A stretch of 64,000 nt of DNA from Hydrurus foetidus (Eukaryota): the NCBI GenBank assembly GCA_900617105.1, contig UYFQ01000842.1, positions 1-64,000 on the forward strand, in the 5' to 3' direction. The translations under genes were made by a program, and so were the position numbers. The notes beneath the pieces were generated by a model. The model did not search any database and was not told the DNA's origin. It was given only the letters and a program-made list of their open reading frames with translations. Within the stretch, counting starts at the first letter, position 1, and every line of letters starts with the position of its first letter. Below are positions 19,630-30,083 of this stretch, piece after piece.

Positions 19630-20168
19630 TTCGACCTCTCTTGCAACTCAAGGGTTGCAGCGCGTTCAATCCATTCGCCTGCGGCGTCCTGCACAATCTC
19701 ACGCAACGTCACTACGGTCTCACTGATTTTGGTAACTCGTCCGTAGTTTTGCCCCAGATAGCTACCCACCTTCACTTGGTAGAGCAAGCTATCAACTTTG
19801 ACCAAAGCTACGGGTTGCCCCCCCTTCACAATGCTCCCAACAAGAGCCGCTGAATCTAGGGGAAAAGCCTCCAATGGCTCTTTGCGCCTGGCCAACTCTG
19901 GGGCAACAAGTGCTCCATTGGCGACCGTTTGCGAAGAGTCACGCTTCAACGCCTGTGTCAATTTCTGGTTACTGAAGGGTTCGATCGACGTGTTGTTAGC
20001 ATATGCCTCAGGCACAAATTGCTTGGGTGCGGGTATTGGCGTAACTTTGGGGCGCGTCTGATTTCGCTCGTCAACCATCCATTGACGTATCTCGTCCTCG
20101 CTTGAAGAACCGCACCCCGCAAGCACAAACAATACTGCGATCGAACTCAAAACCCGAAGATTTCTCAT
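19626..20168 (-). CDS. pilP: Type IV pilus lipoprotein PilP
   Basis: Lipobox LAGC; RRKEPLEAFPLD; YLGQNYG. Confidence 0.95.
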   Translation of the reverse strand: MRNLRVLSSIAVLFVLAGCGSSSEDEIRQWMVDERNQTRPKVTPIPAPKQFVPEAYANNTSIEPFSNQKLTQALKRDSSQTVANGALVAPELARRKEPLEAFPLDSAALVGSIVKGGQPVALVKVDSLLYQVKVGSYLGQNYGRVTKISETVVTLREIVQDAAGEWIERAATLELQERSK

Positions 20169-20830
20169 TTCTTCGCTCCCGTCGCTTTGCGCTGAACGGC
20201 AACTTCATTGGAATCCAAATAGCGGAAAGTCTTCGCAGTAGAGTCAAGCGTCAACGTGCCGTCTGCGCGAGGCGTAATAGTCAAATTATTCAAAGTTACG
20301 ATACGCGACAGATTGGCTATGTCCGAAGCAAACGCTCCGATGTCATGGTAACGCCCAGTCACTTTAATAGTGATCGGAAGTTCGGCGTAATACTCTTTCA
20401 CCGCAATTTGTCCCGGCCTGAACAAATCAAACTGCAAACTGCGACCAAGCCCAGCTTGATTGATGTCCGACAGTAGCGCATCCATTTCGGCCTTGCTAGG
20501 AAGTTGCTTTTCAAGCTGTGTCACATACTGCTGGACTTGTTCACGCTGTTTTTTGAGGACGTCCAAATTAACCGCTTTGGTTAACTTCTTTTTGTAGTCT
20601 TCACGCAAGCTGGTTTCTTTTTCCTGCTCCTGACGTAAGGTCTCCTCAGAACCGCTAAGCCATGCAAACCATAATGCGACAACAATTGCGCAACTGGTTA
20701 AAACAAATAGCGCATATTTCGGGATTGAAGGCCACAGCGACGGATCTTTAGGATCCAAATCGCGAAACTGACTCAACAGTTTCTCTTGGAAAGCTGCAAA
20801 ATCAAACGACTTCTTGGAACTAGTTGCCAT
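20165..20830 (-). CDS. pilO: Type IV pilus assembly protein PilO
   Basis: TM plus coiled coil; QLPSKAEM; YYAELPI..GRYH; operon position. Confidence 0.95.
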   Translation of the reverse strand: MATSSKKSFDFAAFQEKLLSQFRDLDPKDPSLWPSIPKYALFVLTSCAIVVALWFAWLSGSEETLRQEQEKETSLREDYKKKLTKAVNLDVLKKQREQVQQYVTQLEKQLPSKAEMDALLSDINQAGLGRSLQFDLFRPGQIAVKEYYAELPITIKVTGRYHDIGAFASDIANLSRIVTLNNLTITPRADGTLTLDSTAKTFRYLDSNEVAVQRKATGAKK

Positions 20831-20835
20831 GGTTT

Positions 20836-21477
20836 TTACTTTTTAGCATCTATGCTGATCGAGGCTGACGCACCCGCAACCGGTACAGATGCAGCAGCAA
20901 CTGCTTTGGCCGCTTCGCTCGAACGCACCAACCGAACTTTGATCACAAAATTAGCCACCCGCTTTTGCTCTTTTGCGGATACCGGCACCGAACCAGAAAC
21001 AATCTCTACTAACTCAGGCTTGGAGAACCAAGGCGTATTATTCGCCAAGTTTCTAAGCAATTCAGATACTCTTTCGTTCGACTGAGCTACGCCGTTCAAC
21101 GTTACCATCTGATCAACTTGTGTCATCTTGTTGATATAGACACCATCCGGCAGTTGATTCACCAGCTCAGTCAGCAAATGCACAGGCAAATTGCGGTCAG
21201 ACTGCAAATCTTCTACGGCCTGTTGCCGGGCCCTTAAAGCGGCAATTTCACCTTCCAAGGTGGCAATATCCTTGATCTGGCCTTCCAGTTTTTTAATCTC
21301 GGTGTTGAGAATCAAGTTATTGGACTGCTGGGAAGTAATCGCGGCCTGATACCACAGGAAAATGGAGCCCGCAATCAAACCTCCCAAAAGAGCTGATGCA
21401 CCCAGAGACAAATTGAAAACATCACGTCGTTTTTTGCGTGCTGCTTCGCGATGGGGCAGTAAGTTGATCAAGATCAT
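20836..21477 (-). CDS. pilN: Type IV pilus assembly protein PilN
   Basis: Starts MILINLLPHRE (INLLP PilM-binding motif); ATG overlaps the pilM stop. Confidence 0.95.
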   Translation of the reverse strand: MILINLLPHREAARKKRRDVFNLSLGASALLGGLIAGSIFLWYQAAITSQQSNNLILNTEIKKLEGQIKDIATLEGEIAALRARQQAVEDLQSDRNLPVHLLTELVNQLPDGVYINKMTQVDQMVTLNGVAQSNERVSELLRNLANNTPWFSKPELVEIVSGSVPVSAKEQKRVANFVIKVRLVRSSEAAKAVAAASVPVAGASASISIDAKK

Positions 21478-22553
21478 TGCGAAAACCTCCGCAATGCCAG
21501 ACCACAAGAGGTCAGGTACGACGGCGCTTCACGGGTCATGCGCTTGAGGCGCACACCATCCCCAATTTCCATACCATCAAATGGGTTAAGAAGACTGCAC
21601 GGAAACGTTGTGTGCTGCGTCACTACGGTGGTCAGGCCTGGCAAGGCGGCGGAACCGCCGGCCAGCATGATGTAGTCCACTTTGTTGTGTGGCGTGCTGG
21701 TAAAGAAGAACTGCAAGGCACGTCCCAATTCCTGCACCATGGTGTCGATGAAGGGTTTAAGAACGGCCGACTCGTAATCTTCTGGCAACTCACCGCTGCG
21801 CTTCTTGCTCTCGGCCTCTTCTTGCGAAAAGCCGTATTGGCGAACAATCAACTGCGTTAGCTGAGCACCGCCGAAAGCTTGGTCACGGTCATACAGCACC
21901 TCTTCATCACGCAACACCTGCATGCTGGTGGTCAATGCACCAATCTCAAACAAGGCAACGATCAAGCCAGCACCTTTACTCGGCAAATTCTCAATCAGAC
22001 GACCCGCCGCCAAGCGAGACGCGTAAGACTCTACATCAACGATGACGGGGACCAAGCCAGCGGCTTCTGCAAGTCCTTGGACATCCTGGACTTTTTCTCG
22101 ACGGGAGGCTGCAATCAACACCTCAATGTCGCCCGCAGACGATGCGCTGGGCCCAATGACGCAGAAGTCCAAACTCACTTCGTCCAAGGGGAACGGGATG
22201 TACTGATTGGCTTCAGATTCCACTTGGGCTTCAAGATCCAAGTCCGTCATGCCACCGGGCAAAATGATTTTTTTGGTAATCACCGCTGAAGGCGGCAAGG
22301 CCATGGCCACGTTCTTTGTCTTAGTGCCGCTTTTCTTCACCAGACGGCGAACAGCATCGGCTACTTCATCGAATTTCTCGATGTTGCCGTCAGTGATCCA
22401 TCCGCGCTCTAAAGGCTCGATGGCGCAGCGCTCTAGTACCAAATTTCCCGCTTTGTCACGGCCAAGCTCCACCAGCTTGACGCTGGACGAACTAATGTCT
22501 AACCCCAACATGGGAGCTGGTTGTCGACTGAATAACGACCCCAATGAGATCAA
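21474..22553 (-). CDS. pilM: Type IV pilus assembly protein PilM
   Basis: GLDISSSSVKLVEL; YIPFPLDEV; LAGGSA (actin-like fold). Confidence 0.95.
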   Translation of the reverse strand: MISLGSLFSRQPAPMLGLDISSSSVKLVELGRDKAGNLVLERCAIEPLERGWITDGNIEKFDEVADAVRRLVKKSGTKTKNVAMALPPSAVITKKIILPGGMTDLDLEAQVESEANQYIPFPLDEVSLDFCVIGPSASSAGDIEVLIAASRREKVQDVQGLAEAAGLVPVIVDVESYASRLAAGRLIENLPSKGAGLIVALFEIGALTTSMQVLRDEEVLYDRDQAFGGAQLTQLIVRQYGFSQEEAESKKRSGELPEDYESAVLKPFIDTMVQELGRALQFFFTSTPHNKVDYIMLAGGSAALPGLTTVVTQHTTFPCSLLNPFDGMEIGDGVRLKRMTREAPSYLTSCGLALRRFSQ

Positions 22554-22833
22554 AACGGTCCCCTGAAACGGCCCGGCAAATGGCCGGACAAACTTAAGAA
22601 ATCACTTGAATGCTATCAGTAAGATCCTTGTCCCGCAAAGGTTTTTCGGGAATTTGATTTATGGGAACGTTGCCAAAAGCAGACGTTTTCTGCTCCTTTT
22701 TACATAGCGGTCGCCGAGAATACCAACGATGACGGTCGCGGACACACTCTGGACTGCGTTGCGTCCACTTACTGCAAAGACTGCCTCGCCGTGCGCATTT
22801 TTATAATGCCTAAGCGAACTTACTGAATGATTT

Positions 22834-25212
22834 ATGCCAACCACCAGCCCCTCTGACGAAAAAAGCAGCAAGCCCAAGCTCCCGCCTCGCAAAGCCCTGC
22901 ATTGGTCACTGCGCATCCTTCTGTGGATTGTGGGACTGGGGCTGGCAGGGCTGGCCTCGGTGCTGATCCTGATCGCGCTGGCCCTGTCGATGGCCTTCCC
23001 AAACCTGCCTGACATCTCCGACTTGTCTGACTACCGCCCCAAACTGCCTTTGCGGGTCTTTTCCGCCGACGGTGATTTGATTGGCGAATTCGGGGAAGAG
23101 CGCCGCAATCTGACCCCGATCAAGGAAATACCCAAGGTGATGACCGATGCCATCCTGGCAGTGGAAGATGCCCGTTTCTACCACCACGGCGGCGTGGACT
23201 ACCTGGGGGTCATCCGCGCGGGCTTGGCCAACGTAGGCAGGGTCAAGAGCCAGGGGGCCTCCACCATCACTATGCAGGTGGCGCGCAATGTGTACCTGTC
23301 GTCCGAAAAGACCTTTACCCGCAAGATCTACGAAATCCTGCTGACCTTCAAGCTGGAGCACGCGCTCACCAAAGACCAGATTTTGGAAATCTATATGAAC
23401 CAGATTTTTCTGGGAAACCGGGCTTATGGTTTTGCTGCGGCGTCTGAAACCTACTTTGGCAAGCCACTCAAAGACATCACGATTGCGGAAGCGGCCATGC
23501 TGGCAGGCCTGCCCAAAGCGCCTTCGGCCTACAACCCCATCAGCAACCCCAAGCGGGCAAAAATACGCCAGCAATACATCATCGACCGCATGCTGGAAAA
23601 CGGCTTCATCAACGACCAGGAAGCGGAATCTGCCAAAAAGGAGGAGTTGAAGATCAAGACCGGTCCGGCCGCCAACCAAGTGCATGCTGAATACGTGGCC
23701 GAAATGGTGCGGCAACTGATGTTCGCCCAATATGGCGAAGAAACCTACACCCGCGGACTGAATGTGCAAACCACGTTGCGCACTGATCAACAAGTCGCGG
23801 CCTACAAAGCCCTGCGTCGCGGCATCATGGATTTTGAGCGTCGGCAGGTGTACCGCGGGCCTGAGAAATTCATCAACCTCTCCAATAATGCCCAGGAAGT
23901 TGAAGATGCGATTGATGAAGCCCTGGACGAACACCCCGACAACGGGGATGTGATGTCTGCCGTTGTGCTCGAAGCCGACACCAAGCACATCAAGGCCATT
24001 CGGCAGAACGCGGAACTGGTTGAGATCAACGGCGATGGCCTCAAACCCGCCCAATCAGGTCTGTCAGAAAAGGCGCAGCCCAATATCAAGATCCGTCGCG
24101 GCGCCATCATCCGCGTGGCCAAAACTGTCAAGGGCACTTGGGAAATCACCCAGCTGCCTGAAGTCGAGGGAGCCTTTGTCGCCATCGACCCGCGTGATGG
24201 GTCCATCAAGGCCCTAGTTGGGGGCTTTGACTTCGCCAAGAACAAGTTCAACCACGTGATCCAGGCGTGGCGCCAGCCAGGCTCTAGTTTCAAACCGTTT
24301 ATTTATTCAGCAGCGCTGGAAAAAGGCTTCACGCCGGCCACGGTGATCAACGATGCCCCGCTGTTCTTTGATGCGGGTGTGACCGGCGGGCAGCCATGGG
24401 AGCCTAAGAACTACGACGGCACCTTCGAGGGCCCTATGACCATGCGTCGCGGCTTGGCCAAGTCCAAGAACATGATCTCAATCCGCATTCTGCAAAGCAT
24501 CGGCACCCAGTACGCACAAGACTGGATCACCAAATTTGGTTTTGACGCAGAAAAGCACCCACCCTACCTGACCATGGCGCTGGGCGCGGGCAACGTCACA
24601 CCGATCCAGATGGCAGCGGGCTATTCAGTGTTTGCCAATGGGGGCTACCGGGTGAACCCCTGGCTGGTGTCTAAGGTCAGTGAACAACGCGGCAAGGTCT
24701 TGGTGGAATCAACGCCCCCCGTGCTATCCGACTCCGAACGTGCAATTGATGCACGGAACGCCTTCATGATGTCCAGCCTGCTGCAAGAAGTAACGCGATC
24801 CGGCACGGCTGCCCGCGCGCAGGCCACTCTGAAGCGCCCAGACATCTACGGCAAGACCGGCACCACCAACGACTCCATGGATGCCTGGTTTGCCGGCTAC
24901 CAGCCCACGCTCACCGCGGTGACCTGGATTGGCTACGACACGCCGCGCAAACTGGGCGACCGGGAAACCGGCGGCGGGCTGAGCCTGCCGGTGTGGATCA
25001 GTTTCATGGAAACCGCGCTCAAGGGCGTCCCCGTGATGGAGCCTGCCGCACCCGAAGGCGTGGTGCACCTGGGCAACGAGTGGTACTACGAGGAGTATGC
25101 CAAAGGTGCCGGTATCTCCAGCCTGGGCTTGGGTGACAAGCCCGAAGAGGTCCCAGAATCTTTGCCCGCCACCGATGAAAAGAAAAAGATCATGGACCTC
25201 TTCAAGAACTGA
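22834..25212 (+). CDS. mrcA: Penicillin-binding protein 1A
   Basis: EDARFYHHGG and GASTITMQ (glycosyltransferase); SSFK, SKN and KTG (transpeptidase); divergent from pilM. Confidence 0.96.
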   Translation: MPTTSPSDEKSSKPKLPPRKALHWSLRILLWIVGLGLAGLASVLILIALALSMAFPNLPDISDLSDYRPKLPLRVFSADGDLIGEFGEERRNLTPIKEIPKVMTDAILAVEDARFYHHGGVDYLGVIRAGLANVGRVKSQGASTITMQVARNVYLSSEKTFTRKIYEILLTFKLEHALTKDQILEIYMNQIFLGNRAYGFAAASETYFGKPLKDITIAEAAMLAGLPKAPSAYNPISNPKRAKIRQQYIIDRMLENGFINDQEAESAKKEELKIKTGPAANQVHAEYVAEMVRQLMFAQYGEETYTRGLNVQTTLRTDQQVAAYKALRRGIMDFERRQVYRGPEKFINLSNNAQEVEDAIDEALDEHPDNGDVMSAVVLEADTKHIKAIRQNAELVEINGDGLKPAQSGLSEKAQPNIKIRRGAIIRVAKTVKGTWEITQLPEVEGAFVAIDPRDGSIKALVGGFDFAKNKFNHVIQAWRQPGSSFKPFIYSAALEKGFTPATVINDAPLFFDAGVTGGQPWEPKNYDGTFEGPMTMRRGLAKSKNMISIRILQSIGTQYAQDWITKFGFDAEKHPPYLTMALGAGNVTPIQMAAGYSVFANGGYRVNPWLVSKVSEQRGKVLVESTPPVLSDSERAIDARNAFMMSSLLQEVTRSGTAARAQATLKRPDIYGKTGTTNDSMDAWFAGYQPTLTAVTWIGYDTPRKLGDRETGGGLSLPVWISFMETALKGVPVMEPAAPEGVVHLGNEWYYEEYAKGAGISSLGLGDKPEEVPESLPATDEKKKIMDLFKN

Positions 25213-25542
25213 TCAGGCAGTGAACGCCAATGCCATGCCGCTTTGTGCGCTGGCATTGGAGGTCAGAGCTGCAAAAAACTCACCCTGCCCTTTGGTGTCC
25301 TGCCACTGTCCGTCTACCCACCGGTAGTGGTAGCCACCCGACTTGGCGGCCATCCACACTTCATGCAGCGGTTTTTGCAGGTTGATGATGATTTGGCTGC
25401 GGTTGGCGAAGGTCAGCGTCACCATGCCGCCCATGCGCAGGTTGTCCACATCCGCATCGGAATCGTCGTTGATACGGTCACAACAGATCTCCACCGCCTT
25501 GAGCAAGGTTTCTGCGCGGTCCATGAATTCCGGGTCGGTCAT
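25213..25542 (-). CDS. cyaY: Iron donor protein CyaY (frataxin)
   Basis: [23 protein letters not shown] motif. Confidence 0.93.
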   Translation of the reverse strand: MTDPEFMDRAETLLKAVEICCDRINDDSDADVDNLRMGGMVTLTFANRSQIIINLQKPLHEVWMAAKSGGYHYRWVDGQWQDTKGQGEFFAALTSNASAQSGMALAFTA

Positions 25543-25566
25543 TACAATTTCACCATGTTGAAAGCA

Positions 25567-25743
25567 ATGCAAATTCTAGTCAGTCGCCTTGCCCTTGCCG
25601 CCAGTGTGCTCACTATGGCCGCTTGCGGGCAGACCGGCTCGCTGTATTTACCCCCCTCACAAACGCCGCGCAACACCAAAGCTGCGACTCCGCCCACGTC
25701 AAGCCCCGCTGCCACCAGCCCCACCCCGAACACCGCCCCATGA
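25567..25743 (+). CDS. lptM: Small lipoprotein LptM/YifL
   Basis: [29 protein letters not shown]: lipobox plus CGxxGxLYLP motif; cyaY-lipoprotein-lysA arrangement. Confidence 0.8.
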   Translation: MQILVSRLALAASVLTMAACGQTGSLYLPPSQTPRNTKAATPPTSSPAATSPTPNTAP

Positions 25744-27023
25744 GCCTGCCCACACTTCCCGGACACCCCCATATCCACTACGCCAACGGCGAACTCCATG
25801 TGGAAGGCTGCGCAGTTGCTCCCCTGGCACAGCAGCATGGAACCCCCTTGTTTGTGTACTCCAAAGCCTCCATGCTGGCGGCGCTGGCGGCTTACCAAAA
25901 AGGCTTTGCGGGGCGTAACGCCCAGGTCTGCTACGCGATGAAAGCGAATACGTCGCTGGCTGTGCTGCAACTCTTCGCGAAGGCTGGTTGTGGCTTTGAC
26001 ATCGTTTCCGGTGGCGATCTTGCTCGTGTCATTGCTGCAGGTGGTGATACACGCAAAGTGATCTTCTCAGGCGTCGGTAAAACCCGTGCAGAAATGCGCG
26101 AGGCACTGCGCATCGGCATTGGCTGTTTCAATGTGGAGAGCGAGGCCGAGATCGATGTGCTCAACGAAGTCGCCGTCAGCGTGGGTACCAAGGCGCCGGT
26201 TAGCATCCGGGTGAACCCCAACGTCGACGCCAAGACCCATCCGTACATTTCCACGGGTCTCAAAGGCAACAAGTTCGGCATTGCGCATGAGCGCACTTTG
26301 ACCTCTTATCAGCGCGCCGCGGCCCTGCCCGGCCTGAAGGTCGTTGGCATTGACTGCCACATCGGCTCCCAGATCACCGAAGAGACCCCCTACCTGGACG
26401 CCATGGACCGCATGCTGGAGCTGGTGGAGTCCGTCGAGGCGGTGGGTATCCCCATCCACCACATCGACTTTGGTGGCGGCCTGGGCATCAATTACAACGG
26501 CGATACCCCACCCGCAGCCGATGCCCTGTGGGCCAAGCTGCTGGCCAAGCTGGATGCGCGCGGCTTTGGCCAGCGCCAGCTGATGATCGAGCCTGGCCGT
26601 TCCCTCGTGGGCAATGCGGGCATTTGTGTGACCGAGGTGCTCTACATGAAGCCCGGTGAGCAAAAGAACTTCTGCATCGTCGACGCTGCCATGAACGACC
26701 TGCCCCGCCCCGCGATGTACCAAGCGTTCCACAGCATCGTGCCGCTGGACGCCAGCAAATTGGCCGCCCCGAGTGGTGAGATATTCGATGTAGTGGGCCC
26801 AGTATGCGAAAGCGGCGACTGGATTGGTCACGACCGCGCGCTGAACGTGCAAGCGGGTGACCAGTTGGCCGTGCTGTCAGCAGGCGCCTACTGCATGAGT
26901 ATGGCCAGCAACTACAACTCGCGCCCCAAGGCGGCCGAGGTCTTGGTGGATGGAGACCACAGCCACTTGATCCGCGCACGCGACACGCTGGCAGACCAGA
27001 TGCGGGGCGAGAAGCTGCTGTAA
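25740..27023 (+). CDS. lysA: Diaminopimelate decarboxylase
   Basis: YAMKAN (PLP lysine), HPYISTG..NKFG, HIGSQ, EPGRSLVG, GPVCESGD. Confidence 0.97.
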   Translation: MSLPTLPGHPHIHYANGELHVEGCAVAPLAQQHGTPLFVYSKASMLAALAAYQKGFAGRNAQVCYAMKANTSLAVLQLFAKAGCGFDIVSGGDLARVIAAGGDTRKVIFSGVGKTRAEMREALRIGIGCFNVESEAEIDVLNEVAVSVGTKAPVSIRVNPNVDAKTHPYISTGLKGNKFGIAHERTLTSYQRAAALPGLKVVGIDCHIGSQITEETPYLDAMDRMLELVESVEAVGIPIHHIDFGGGLGINYNGDTPPAADALWAKLLAKLDARGFGQRQLMIEPGRSLVGNAGICVTEVLYMKPGEQKNFCIVDAAMNDLPRPAMYQAFHSIVPLDASKLAAPSGEIFDVVGPVCESGDWIGHDRALNVQAGDQLAVLSAGAYCMSMASNYNSRPKAAEVLVDGDHSHLIRARDTLADQMRGEKLL

Positions 27024-27025
27024 TT

Positions 27026-27080
27026 TGCTATTGATTCAATAGCTGCTTGCGTAGCGTTGACGGGGGCTAGCGCCGCTTTT
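27026..27080 (+). repeat. 55-bp palindromic repeat family, copy 3
   Basis: T-GCTATTGATTCAATAGC-TGCTTGCGT-AGCGTTGA-CGGGGGCTAGCGCCGCTTTT; between convergent lysA and msrQ and overlaps the msrQ stop. Confidence 0.88.
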
Positions 27081-27681
27081 TCTTTATAAACTGCAGTACA
27101 CGCCAGCCCAGCAGGATCCCCAAAATGGCGGCATACACCGCCACCTCGGCAAAGTTGTGCTTGCCAGCACGCATCCAGAAGAAATGCAAAATGGCCAGGC
27201 CCGCCACCGCGTAGACCGCGCGGTGCAGCGCCTGCCAGCGCTTGGCGCCCATGGCCTTGATCACGCGGTTGAACGACGTGGCCGCCAGTGCAGTCAGCAG
27301 TAACAAGGCCGTGAACCCCACCAGGATGAACGGCCGCTTGGCAATATCAGCCGCAATGTCGGCCACGTCCAGCCCCATGTCGAACCAGCTGTACGACAGC
27401 ATGTGCAGCACTGCATAGGCAAACGTCCACAGCCCCAGCATGCGGCGCAGTCGGGCCAGCGAAGGCCAGCCGGCGATGGTGCGAAGCGGGGTAACCGTCA
27501 GCACCACGCACAGCGCACGCAGCGTCCAGTCGCCCGTGGCCCGCACCAGCGCTTCCGCAGGGTTGGCGCCCAACCGATCGGCAAACGCCGCGTACACCAA
27601 CCAGATCAGAGGCAAAGCGGCCACGACAAACACCACCGGTTTGGCCGCGCGGTGGGCCAACCAAGAGTTCACGGTCGCCAC
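27067..27681 (-). CDS. msrQ: Methionine sulfoxide reductase heme-binding subunit MsrQ
   Basis: LTVTPLR, RRMLGL..F.YA.LH, WQALHRAVY. Confidence 0.93.
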   Translation of the reverse strand: MATVNSWLAHRAAKPVVFVVAALPLIWLVYAAFADRLGANPAEALVRATGDWTLRALCVVLTVTPLRTIAGWPSLARLRRMLGLWTFAYAVLHMLSYSWFDMGLDVADIAADIAKRPFILVGFTALLLLTALAATSFNRVIKAMGAKRWQALHRAVYAVAGLAILHFFWMRAGKHNFAEVAVYAAILGILLGWRVLQFIKKKRR

Positions 27682-27684
27682 GGG

Positions 27685-28689
27685 TCAGTAGAACTTTTTG
27701 AGGTCCATACCGGCGTACAGCTGGCCCACTTGGGCCTCGTAGCCGTTGAACATCAGGGTCTTGCGCTTTTTGGCAAACAGGCCATCTTCACCGATACGAC
27801 GCTCGGTCGCCTGGCTCCAGCGTGGGTGGTCCACATTGGGGTTCACGTTGGAATAAAAGCCGTATTCGTTGGCGGCCGCCTTGTTCCAGGCCGTACCGGG
27901 CTGTTTATCCGTGAAACGGATTTTGACGATGCTCTTGCCACTCTTGAAACCATATTTCCATGGCACCACCAAGCGCACCGGTGCACCGCTCTGGTTGGGC
28001 AGCACCTCGCCGTACATGCCAAAGCTCAGCAGCGTCAGTGGGTGCATGGCCTCGTCCAGACGCAGGCCTTCGGTGTACGGCCAGTCCAGAATACGCGAGC
28101 CCACAAACGGCATGGTCTTGGGGTCGGCCAGGGTCACAAACTCCACATACTTGGCATTGCCCATGGGCTCCACCTTCTTGATGAGCTCGGCCAGCGAGTA
28201 GCCCACCCATGGAATCACCATGGACCAGCCCTCCACACAACGTAGGCGGTAAATGCGCTCCTCCATGGGGCTGAGCTTGAGCAGGTCTTCCAGCGCCAAC
28301 TTGCCGGGCTTCTTCACCAGCCCCTCGATCTCGACCGACCACGGCGACGTCTTCAGGGTGTGGGCATTCACGCCGGGATCTGCTTTGTCGGTGCCAAATT
28401 CGTAGTAGTTGTTGTACGAGGTGGCGTCCTTGTAGGCTGTCGCCTTTTCCATGGCCATCGCGGCGGCCACGGCAGACGGCTTGGACGCCAATGGTGCCAG
28501 CTTGCCCGGGCGGTCCCAACCGGTCCCCTCGGCCAAGGCCTGGCGCGACGCCCAACTGGCCATCCCCGCTCCCGCTACCCCCAGCGCTACGTGTTTGAGC
28601 AGCGCCCGACGACCGTCGTAAACCCCTTGCGGGGTGATATCACTGCTAACGGCGTGTTGAAAGCCGTCGGTCCGGGTGTTGATCAGCAT
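27685..28689 (-). CDS. msrP: Methionine sulfoxide reductase catalytic subunit MsrP
   Basis: Tat RR signal; [28 protein letters not shown] at 28689 after GGAG. Confidence 0.95.
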   Translation of the reverse strand: MLINTRTDGFQHAVSSDITPQGVYDGRRALLKHVALGVAGAGMASWASRQALAEGTGWDRPGKLAPLASKPSAVAAAMAMEKATAYKDATSYNNYYEFGTDKADPGVNAHTLKTSPWSVEIEGLVKKPGKLALEDLLKLSPMEERIYRLRCVEGWSMVIPWVGYSLAELIKKVEPMGNAKYVEFVTLADPKTMPFVGSRILDWPYTEGLRLDEAMHPLTLLSFGMYGEVLPNQSGAPVRLVVPWKYGFKSGKSIVKIRFTDKQPGTAWNKAAANEYGFYSNVNPNVDHPRWSQATERRIGEDGLFAKKRKTLMFNGYEAQVGQLYAGMDLKKFY

Positions 28690-28733
28690 GGGGACTCCTG
28701 TTGTGTTCGTTGGTCGTCCGACAGTGCTTTTTC

Positions 28734-30083
28734 TTACAAAGTTCCGTAGCTGTGCAGCCCACTCAGAAACATATTCACGCCAATAAAGGCAAAGGTAGTC
28801 ACCGCCAACCCCCCCAACGCCCACCAGGCCGCCACGGTACCGCGCAGGCCCTTCATCAGGCGCATATGCAGCCAGGCCGCGTAATTCAGCCAGACGATCA
28901 GGGCCCAGGTCTCCTTCGGATCCCAGCTCCAGTAGCCGCCCCACGCCTCGGCGGCCCACAGGGCGCCCAGCACGGTGGCGATGGTGAAGAAGGCAAAGCC
29001 CACGGCGATGGACTTGTACATCACGTCGTCCAGCACCTCAAAGCTCGGCAGCTTGGCCGCCAGGCGCTTGCGGCCAAACAGGATGCTGGCCACGATAAGT
29101 GCGGAAATACCAAAGTACACCGCCCAGTAGTCGCTCATGCCCAGCACGGCCGACTTGCGGAAGACCACCGGCTCAAAGCACAGCACCACGCCCAGCAGCC
29201 ACAGCGGCGCCAGCTTGTACCAACGGGGCTCGGTAGCCTGCTGTTTGATCAGGTACGCAAACGCCACCATGGCCGCCAAAGCGAATGTTCCATACCCGAT
29301 GAAGTTGGCCGGCACATGCAGCTTCATCCACCAGCTCTTGAGTGCGGGCACCAGGGGTTGAATGTCATGCGCCTGGCGCACCACGGTGTACCAGAGCAAA
29401 AAGCCCACGGCCGCACTGACCACCAGCATCACGAACGCCCCCAGGGCGCGGGTCTTGTACTGGGCTTCAAAGTAGAGATAAAAAGTGGCGGTGAGCCAGC
29501 AAAACAACACGAACACTTCGTACAGGTTGCTCACCGGGATATGGCCGATGTCGGCGCCCAACAGGTAGCTTTCATACCAGCGCACCATGGTGCCGGTCAG
29601 CGCCAGCGTCACCGCGGCCCACACCAGGCGGGAGGCCACGCTCTCCACACCATCGGCCCGGCCCTTCGCAAACACGCCAATCCAGTAAAACGCGGTGGCC
29701 ATGAAGAACAGCATGCTCATCCACAAAATGGCGGACTGGCTGGACAGGAAGTACTTGAGCCAAAACACGGTCTCGGCCCGCTCCAGCGAGCCCTGGTACG
29801 ACGCAATACCCAGCAGCGACAGCCCAGCCACGGTCAGCATCAGTACCTGCAGTGGCCGCCAGAACCAGCCCATCCAGATGGCGGCGGGCATGACCGCCAG
29901 CAGAATGCCTTTTTCATAGACATCCATGCTCCCGTGGTAGCGGCCCAAGGCAAACACGCCGCCAGCCACCACAATGAGCGCAAACAGCCATTCTCCCCAG
30001 GCGCGCTGGGAAAAGTAGCCGGCGTTCAGGGTCACGCTCGCGCCCGGGGCCACCGTTGCGCTATTGCCAGAAATCGTATTCAT
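28734..30083 (-). CDS. ccsB: System II cytochrome c biogenesis protein CcsB/ResC (CcsA family)
   Basis: WWD-domain motif [24 protein letters not shown]. Confidence 0.93.
   Translation of the reverse strand: MNTISGNSATVAPGASVTLNAGYFSQRAWGEWLFALIVVAGGVFALGRYHGSMDVYEKGILLAVMPAAIWMGWFWRPLQVLMLTVAGLSLLGIASYQGSLERAETVFWLKYFLSSQSAILWMSMLFFMATAFYWIGVFAKGRADGVESVASRLVWAAVTLALTGTMVRWYESYLLGADIGHIPVSNLYEVFVLFCWLTATFYLYFEAQYKTRALGAFVMLVVSAAVGFLLWYTVVRQAHDIQPLVPALKSWWMKLHVPANFIGYGTFALAAMVAFAYLIKQQATEPRWYKLAPLWLLGVVLCFEPVVFRKSAVLGMSDYWAVYFGISALIVASILFGRKRLAAKLPSFEVLDDVMYKSIAVGFAFFTIATVLGALWAAEAWGGYWSWDPKETWALIVWLNYAAWLHMRLMKGLRGTVAAWWALGGLAVTTFAFIGVNMFLSGLHSYGTL

Noticed and set aside
22611..22630. TGCTATCAGTAAGATCC upstream of pilM, resembling the start of the repeat
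   Set aside because: Lacks the closing TAGC and the GCGC-N8-GGGGGCTA half.
27685..28959. 424-aa MsrP with a long N-terminal extension
   Set aside because: The extension overlaps ccsB; a GGAG RBS and the Tat signal support the start at 28689.
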